DNA from: a virus
Lineage: Duplodnaviria > Caudoviricetes
Length of the DNA: 64,000 nucleotides
Virus record (IMG/VR): IMGVR_UViG_3300031993_000015
Direction: 5' to 3' (one strand)
The translations under genes were made by a program, and so were the position numbers. Each line of letters opens with the position of its first letter. Positions within the stretch are counted from its first letter, which is position 1. Of this stretch, positions 59,053 to 64,000 are shown in pieces. The notes under the pieces were generated by a model that was not told the DNA's origin, did not search any database, and saw nothing but the letters and a program-made list of their open reading frames with translations.

Positions 59053-59226
59053 GCCGTGGTAGTTCAAAGAGGAGGCAACGATAAGCCTCCCGGACAACTC
59101 GCTCGCTGACAACACTGCAGTGGCCTTGGATACCTTGCGCAGGGTGGTCCTATGGTTCGATCAGCACTGAGGAAGAACGGTCCGAAGATCCGGACATCGT
59201 TGCAGGTTCGAATCCTGCCCACGGCG
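59053..59226 (+). ncRNA. tRNA-like RNA with a 109-nt structured D-loop
   Basis: Acceptor GCCGTGG/CCACGGC, D stem GTTC/GAAC, arm GTCCG-AAGATC-CGGAC, canonical T arm. Confidence 0.7.
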
Positions 59227-59235
59227 ACCTTTTTC

Positions 59236-59320
59236 GCTCCTGTAGTCTAAACAGGATAAGGCACTCAGCTGTAAACGAGGCGGCTGAGGGATTCTGGATC
59301 GTGCCCAGACAGGAGCTCCA
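59236..59320 (+). ncRNA. aberrant tRNA-like RNA with extended anticodon arm
   Basis: Acceptor GCTCCTG/CAGGAGC plus TCCA; D arm; CTCAG-CTGTAAACGAGGCGG-CTGAG; non-canonical T loop ATCGTGC. Confidence 0.65.
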
Positions 59321-59391
59321 ATTTCAATCAGACCAGCACGGTTTGGGTAAGAGTGCATGGCTCCAATGAAGGCTGGTCTGGTTGGATACTT

Positions 59392-59484
59392 GTTACCTGG
59401 AGATCCGGGTTCGACGCCCGGCGCCGCGTTGGCTGCGTGCCAGCAAGGAGTAGTGGAAGCAAGAGGCTGAGAATACCAGGTAAC
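59392..59484 (+). ncRNA. candidate permuted tRNA-like RNA (YrlA/Y-RNA-like topology)
   Basis: Closing stem GTTACCTGG/CCAGGTAAC encloses a T arm CCGGG-TTCGACG-CCCGG near its 5' end. Confidence 0.4.
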
Positions 59485-59497
59485 TTTTCGATCTCGT

Positions 59498-59571
59498 CGC
59501 GGGATACGGTAATGGCCACCGGGTGGTCCCATACACCACTTATGGGAGTTCGATTCTCCCTCCCGCCACCA
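59498..59571 (+). tRNA. tRNA-Met(CAT), initiator-like, with C33
   Basis: C1:C72 mismatch, GCGGGA/TCCCGC, G11:C24, anticodon arm GTGGT-CCCATAC-ACCAC, T arm, ACCA end. Confidence 0.85.
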
Positions 59572-59575
59572 ATTT

Positions 59576-59840
59576 GGCGCGGTTCCGGAACAACGCGCTG
59601 ATAGGGACTGGCATGCACCCGAATTGATGAATGCAAAGGGTACGCCTGTAAAGCTCTATGGGAGATCAGGTGGAAGACTCAGGTACCCGATTGAGCGAAC
59701 CTGGCCTAATCGCTCTAACTTTCCGCGTGACTGCAGAAGTCGCGCTGGCTGACCGTAGCTCGACACCGTTATACAGGCACGGGCTTATCAAAGGTCTTCC
59801 AGCCATATCCTGGTTCGTTACCAGGGCGCGGAGCCACTCA
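59576..59840 (+). ncRNA. candidate structured RNA ending in a T-arm-like hairpin
   Basis: GGTTCCG/CGGAGCC end pairing, GCCTGTA/TACAGGC, GGAAGAC/GTCTTCC, CCTGG-TTCGTTA-CCAGG. Confidence 0.4.
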
Positions 59841-59902
59841 CTTTGAGGCCGGTTGTGTCTTTCCTTGACTTTCGCACTTCCGGTCTCTTTTCATATCAAC
59901 CA

Positions 59903-59925
59903 ATTTTCAACTTGGAGTTCAAAAT
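59903..59925. repeat. 23-bp palindromic motif copy (ATTTTCAACTT-G-GAGTTCAAAAT), 2 nt before a start codon
   Basis: One mismatch to the consensus. Confidence 0.8.
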
Positions 59926-59927
59926 TC

Positions 59928-60395
59928 ATGCAAGAAATCCTGAATAACACAATTTATGTCTTCTGGCTGTGCATGCTGATGCACCTACTGGCCGACTTCC
60001 ACTTCCAGGGCGTCCTGGCGAACATGAAACAGAAGAGCTGGTGGCAGTATCAGGTCAAGAAGCGTTTCGGTCCTACAGAGGAAGCCAAGAGGGCCACACG
60101 GGTGTTTGGCGGCAAGCTGGAGGATCACTACGAACTGCCGACATGGTACGACTACGACTGGTTCGCTGGCATCGTGTGTCACTCTACGATGTGGGCGCTC
60201 ATCACGTATCTGCCCATGATGTTCACACTTACGGCGCCTGTGTGGAGCCTGTTCGTGTGCGCCAATATTGTGCTGCACGGTATCATCGACCATCTGAAGG
60301 CGAACCGCATGGGAACCCTGAATCTGAACCAGGATCAGTTCCTGCATCTGGTACAGGTCGCCTGTAGTGTAGTCGTGTGGCACTTTGTTCATTGA
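59928..60395 (+). CDS. DUF3307-family membrane protein
   Basis: HLLADFHFQ, HGIIDHLK and DQFLHL motifs with hydrophobic helices; start MQEILNN. Confidence 0.8.
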   Translation: MQEILNNTIYVFWLCMLMHLLADFHFQGVLANMKQKSWWQYQVKKRFGPTEEAKRATRVFGGKLEDHYELPTWYDYDWFAGIVCHSTMWALITYLPMMFTLTAPVWSLFVCANIVLHGIIDHLKANRMGTLNLNQDQFLHLVQVACSVVVWHFVH

Positions 60396-60408
60396 ATCAA
60401 CTTTTTGT

Positions 60409-60481
60409 GGGCCTCTGGTGTAAAGGTCAGCACCCTTCTCTCATAAAGAAGCCGGTCTCAGTTCGAATCTGAGGGGGCCCA
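60409..60481 (+). tRNA. tRNA with CAT anticodon (elongator Met or Ile2); CCA not encoded
   Basis: GGGCCTC/GGGGCCC, CTTCT-CTCATAA-AGAAG, CTCAG-TTCGAAT-CTGAG. Confidence 0.88.
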
Positions 60482-60494
60482 TAAACCTGTTTTT

Positions 60495-60566
60495 GACTGG
60501 CCAGTGAGCTGGAACGGTAGCCAGCGGCTTCAGTGCGATGCGGGTTCGAGTCCCGTCTGGCCGGTC
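60495..60566 (+). ncRNA. tRNA-like RNA lacking a proper anticodon arm
   Basis: 10-bp stem GACTGGCCAG/CTGGCCGGTC, 5-bp D-like arm GCTGG/CCAGC, T arm GCGGG-TTCGAGT-CCCGT, only 14 nt between D and T arms. Confidence 0.65.
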
Positions 60567-60568
60567 TT

Positions 60569-60577
60569 TATAGTAAG
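60569..60577 (+). promoter_or_regulatory. putative promoter element TATAGTAAG
   Basis: Recurrent motif preceding a structured non-coding stretch and two tRNAs. Confidence 0.5.
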
Positions 60578-60579
60578 AC

Positions 60580-60850
60580 ATAACCAGTCATGCTTAGGAT
60601 CAATTCCGTGGCGTCACGAAATTGATAACCGCACAATCCTGGCTGGTGCTCGCCGGTGGTGAAATTCCACGCGATATAAATCACCGGCAGAGGGCGGCAG
60701 TCCGATCAGCTGCTGTCATAGGAAGAGGCGACCCGGTGCTGCCTGGTTGCTCGACTGATCTTCCGGTACGCCTGATTGTCTACGGCGGTGCTCCCCCGTT
60801 GCCTCTGGCTTCGGGTACGCTCCAGACGCCTGGGGCGGTTTTGTTCGTTG
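60580..60850 (+). ncRNA. candidate structured ncRNA (about 270 nt)
   Basis: ATCAATT/AATTGAT, GCCGGTGGT/ATCACCGGC, GGAAGA/TCTTCC and ACAATC/GATTGT helices; no credible ORF. Confidence 0.5.
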
Positions 60851-60855
60851 ACATT

Positions 60856-60932
60856 GCCAGTGTAGCTCAGTAGGTAGCAGCAGCAGTTTTGTAAACTGCA
60901 GGTCGCGGGTTCAAATCCTGCCACTGGCTCCA
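60856..60932 (+). tRNA. tRNA-Thr(TGT)
   Basis: GCCAGTG/CACTGGC, GCAGT-TTTGTAA-ACTGC, T arm, TCCA end. Confidence 0.92.
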
Positions 60933-60937
60933 TTTTC

Positions 60938-61004
60938 GACAGGGAGCAACACAACGCAGACCTGGGTGGGTTCTGTGTGGTTTCTCCGGCTGTTGCTTCC
61001 TGTC
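60938..61004 (+). ncRNA. long hairpin between tRNAs
   Basis: 14-bp stem GACAGGGAGCAACA/TGTTGCTTCCTGTC with an inner helix, followed by a pyrimidine tract. Confidence 0.45.
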
Positions 61005-61013
61005 TTTCCTTTT

Positions 61014-61091
61014 CTGCGTGTAGCTCAGCCTGGCGAGAGCGTATCCTTTGGGAGGATAGGGTCGGGGGTTCGAATCCCTTCACGCAGACCA
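61014..61091 (+). tRNA. tRNA-Pro(TGG)
   Basis: CTGCGTG/CACGCAG, TATCC-TTTGGGA-GGATA, T arm, ACCA end. Confidence 0.92.
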
Positions 61092-61094
61092 GCT

Positions 61095-63900
61095 TTGTCC
61101 TGTTGCGCATTTCAGGACAGAGATGCGGGACCTCCTGTTCCAATCCAGGCAGCCAACGCAGCCGGTGCACACCTTACGCCGGTGCCTGGATGCAGACCCC
61201 GCAACAGCCTGTATTAGTCATAGAGCAGGCTGTCGCTCCCGTGTGCCTCACTATCTCAGCACACGGGAGTGTTTTGCATTTACCCGTGAAGTCTTGTAGG
61301 TACAAGGTCTGACGATGCCTTGTGCCTGCGGGACATAACGGCATGAGGGCTTTCCTGTTCCAATCACAGCCGCCTCTGCCCGCAAGGGCACCGTGCTATG
61401 CGCTCCTATTCCGGCGTGAAGTTGTGATGCAGACTGTCCACCCCCTGACCTCCTGTGCTGCCCGGCATGGGAGGTCTCTTTGCTTCTATTGACTGTGCGG
61501 GTGCTTCGCCCGCGTCTGTACATGTTCCCACCATGTATAGAAGGTCTAAATGGGTTCGCTTCGGCATCTGACCTTAGGGGAAGTTCTGCTCGGCTGCTGC
61601 AGCAGCCAGCATTCACTCCCCACTTGCGGTCATCCCTCGTCCAAGGCAGAGCCGCGCCTTTCGCTGATGGCGCACGGTGCTTAGCAGACTCTGATCTTTG
61701 ATCTGAGTCTGCTTTCACCTGGCGCCATCTCGCTGCGCGAACGCTCAACCGGATGGTACGGCTCGCTTGAGACCAGGATCATCTCATAAGATGATCAGCC
61801 TTCGGATATCGTTCACTACGTTCCGATCCCGAAGGCTTACTTCGCAGGACGACCGGGTCCTCTTCGACCTCGGTAGTCCTGCTCGTACTGGTCCAAGCTC
61901 GCCTACCGCACGCCGGTCCTCTCAGGAGAAGTCCCGGCGTGCGCTCGATCCAGCGGATCGCCATCCGGCACGGCTTTGGACTTCGGGCAAGATGCCTGCT
62001 CGAACCACATTAGATTTATACAAAGAACAGAAGCAACTACCAGCCGTTTGACTTTGCAGGTGCTGCGCCTGCACTGTCCAGTGCTACCTGGATAGTAGAA
62101 ACCTTGAACGTAATCCTAAAGCTCGCTGCTTTCAGCGTCGGAAGCCTTCCCCAGAAAGAGTAAACTCTTCCTGGAGGATGGCTTCCGACGACTTCCAACT
62201 GCGAGCTTCGCGGACGCGGCTTCCCAGGCTGCCCGTCGGGTGCGACGGGTAGCCGGAAGCCTCTCGACTAAGGTATCATCAAAGAAACGGCAAATTACCG
62301 GTTGAACCTGCGGGCGCTACGCTCGCACTGTTATCTGTGACATCCAGCACAGAGAGCAGTCTGCGTCCTGTGACTTGAGCTCAACCCGGTCTTCCGGAAA
62401 CACAGTCTCCGGAAGACCTCTGTTGCGCCAAGTACAGGATCTGACATCAAGAACCGGACTTTCATCAGCTGACAGGGCGGGCGATGCGCCTGCCATGCGT
62501 GCCATTCCCAGGATCGCATAAGAGTAGTCAAGCGTTTGCTACCAGATCCTTTGGACCGTGTGTCGTCCCGCTTCGCGCAGACGACAAAGGTCCGGCGGCT
62601 CTGGTAACGCTCGCGCAGACCTACAGAGCTGAAAAACAATTACCAGCTGACACGGGCAGGCGGTTCGTCTGCCATCTGCAGTTCTGCAAAGAGATGCAGA
62701 AACCTTGTTTCGGATTCGTTCACCAAGGTACCCTGCGCGACATCACCCCGCCGTCACGGCCCAGATCTTCTTCGAGATCTGACCCGTGCGAGCGGAGAGA
62801 TGTCACTTGCGACCGTGGTTAACGACATTCGTACACACTTGTAGAGCTGGTCTTATCGCAGTTGAACAGCAGGACGCTGCGTCCTGGCCTCACAGTCTTA
62901 CCGGAACTGGTTAAGATGATTGAGGAGTTGACTCGGACTGGATTCGCAAATGGAAACAAGATTAAGTACTATCTGGCTTCTGAGAACCCTTGTTCCGGGG
63001 AACCTGGATAAATCCCGGTTCCACCTGCACAAAGTTCTCAACAGCCAACCGTACTGAATCTTTCCATGTGCTCATCCAGGTCACAATCAAAGAACTGCAT
63101 TCGCGCTTGAGTATAGGAGCCGGTTCGGCTCCCCGACTATGAAGTTTGAACTTCAAGTTGAAAATCACGGCGGACCTGAAACTGATCACGGGGATTTTGA
63201 TCAGTTTCTCCCAGCCTATTGAAGCGCACAACCGCTTGCTGACTATGCCGGTGTTCCGCCGGCGCCTGTGTCTGTTCCACAATAGTTCAGAAACAGGATT
63301 CCTTGTGAGAACATGCTACCTGAACCCTCACATGGATTGACTTTGGATCCTCCCTCCATTGCACAGATGCAATCAGAGAGGAGGATCCTGCAGCAATCCT
63401 GTGATCGTTCAGGATGCACACTGCACAATCCGAATTGAGCAAGCACAATCTATCCGTTGACCAGGAGGCGTTTCGCCTCCATATGCATCATCCCGCTTTC
63501 CATAGAGAAATTGGCTGGAACTTAGATTTCAGTTCCGACGCCAGCAATGGAATCAGGGACGGTCGCAGTGCGAACAGAATGACCTCAACCTACACTACGC
63601 CACGCCCGACGGCAGGTCGGACTCAGATCGACTACGCGATCTGAAGTCCTCTAAGCCGTCGGGCAGGCGCACTGTAGTTTGCACTTCTGTCATTCACAAT
63701 CCAGAACGGAAACAAAGGCATAACTTCCGCAGTGCTTCGCTGCGGTCTGCGTGTGTTCAGCACAATCAGCAGAAATCTAACCCTTAACCGTCCCGCAGCA
63801 CACCAACGGAAAGCTGTCCAGCACCGCCTACGCCAGGCTATCACCTGGCTGCATCGGGCTGGACAGCCCTTCCTCTGTTGCGCTGCAGTTGGTCGGTTTC
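61095..63900 (+). ncRNA. candidate giant structured non-coding RNA (or array of RNAs), about 2.8 kb
   Basis: No codon-biased ORF; continuous nested helices and multibranch domains; wobbles read as G-U on the + strand. Confidence 0.65.
63143..63165. repeat. 23-bp palindromic motif copy (AGTTTGAACTT-C-AAGTTGAAAAT)
   Basis: One mismatch to the consensus. Confidence 0.8.
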
Positions 63901-63910
63901 TCTTAAATGC

Positions 63911-64000
63911 CTACTTCTGCAGGCTTGCGTTGAAGGCCTTCAAACGGTCTTGCTCGGCTTTCCAGGCGAGATCAGCCGCAACCTGCGACGCGGCGGTCGG
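63911..64000 (-). CDS. 3' end of a minus-strand gene (partial)
   Basis: Open frame …PTAASQVAADLAWKAEQDRLKAFNASLQK* ending TAG at 63911-63913. Confidence 0.5.
   Translation of the reverse strand, partial: PTAASQVAADLAWKAEQDRLKAFNASLQK

Noticed and set aside
59576-59840. tmRNA
   Set aside because: No GGGG 5' end, no G3-U70 alanine identity in a canonical acceptor and no tag frame ending in a stop; kept only as an unknown RNA candidate.
60495-60566. Selenocysteine or opal suppressor tRNA (TTCA present)
   Set aside because: No 5-6 bp anticodon stem and no long variable arm, so it cannot fold as tRNA-Sec.
61251-63844. Short ORFs in the structured region as real genes, or stop-codon recoding
   Set aside because: They lack SD sites and the genome's codon bias; genes elsewhere end normally at TAA, TGA and TAG, so recoding is not indicated.
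61095-63900. 23S-like rRNA (similar length) or a group II intron
   Set aside because: No sarcin-ricin loop (AGTACGAGAGGAC) or peptidyl-transferase motifs seen; no convincing domain V or RT ORF on either strand. Checked by eye only.

Overview
This 64-kb window is part of a large tailed bacteriophage (jumbo-phage-like myovirus) genome, almost entirely on the + strand, in the standard genetic code. (1) 0-16 kb: head-associated genes around a phage-encoded, bacterial-type multisubunit RNA polymerase. One gene is a fused beta(C-terminal part)-beta'(N-terminal half) subunit carrying an intein. A separate gene encodes the beta' C-terminal half. (2) 15-20 kb: prohead protease, scaffold-like proteins, decoration protein and major capsid protein. 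(3) 22-55 kb: neck, contractile tail sheath and tube, chaperone, tape measure, baseplate and a 2041-aa repeat tail fibre, with a sigma70-family factor embedded among the baseplate genes. (4) 58.9-61.1 kb: five recognisable tRNAs interleaved with several aberrant tRNA-like RNAs. (5) 61.1-63.9 kb: about 2.8 kb with no credible ORF, tiled with nested helices whose G-U wobbles point to a + strand transcript. This candidate giant structured ncRNA is the most striking unexplained element. Other unexplained signals are a dispersed 23-bp AT-rich palindrome (5 strong copies, 1 degenerate), a recurrent intergenic TATAGTAR motif, a K-x-A-[AS] motif concentrated in head proteins, and an H-type pseudoknot before the sheath gene. 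All calls come from motif recognition and gene order by eye. No database search or folding computation was run. Portal, terminase, the beta N-terminal part and alpha subunits were not recognised in this window.
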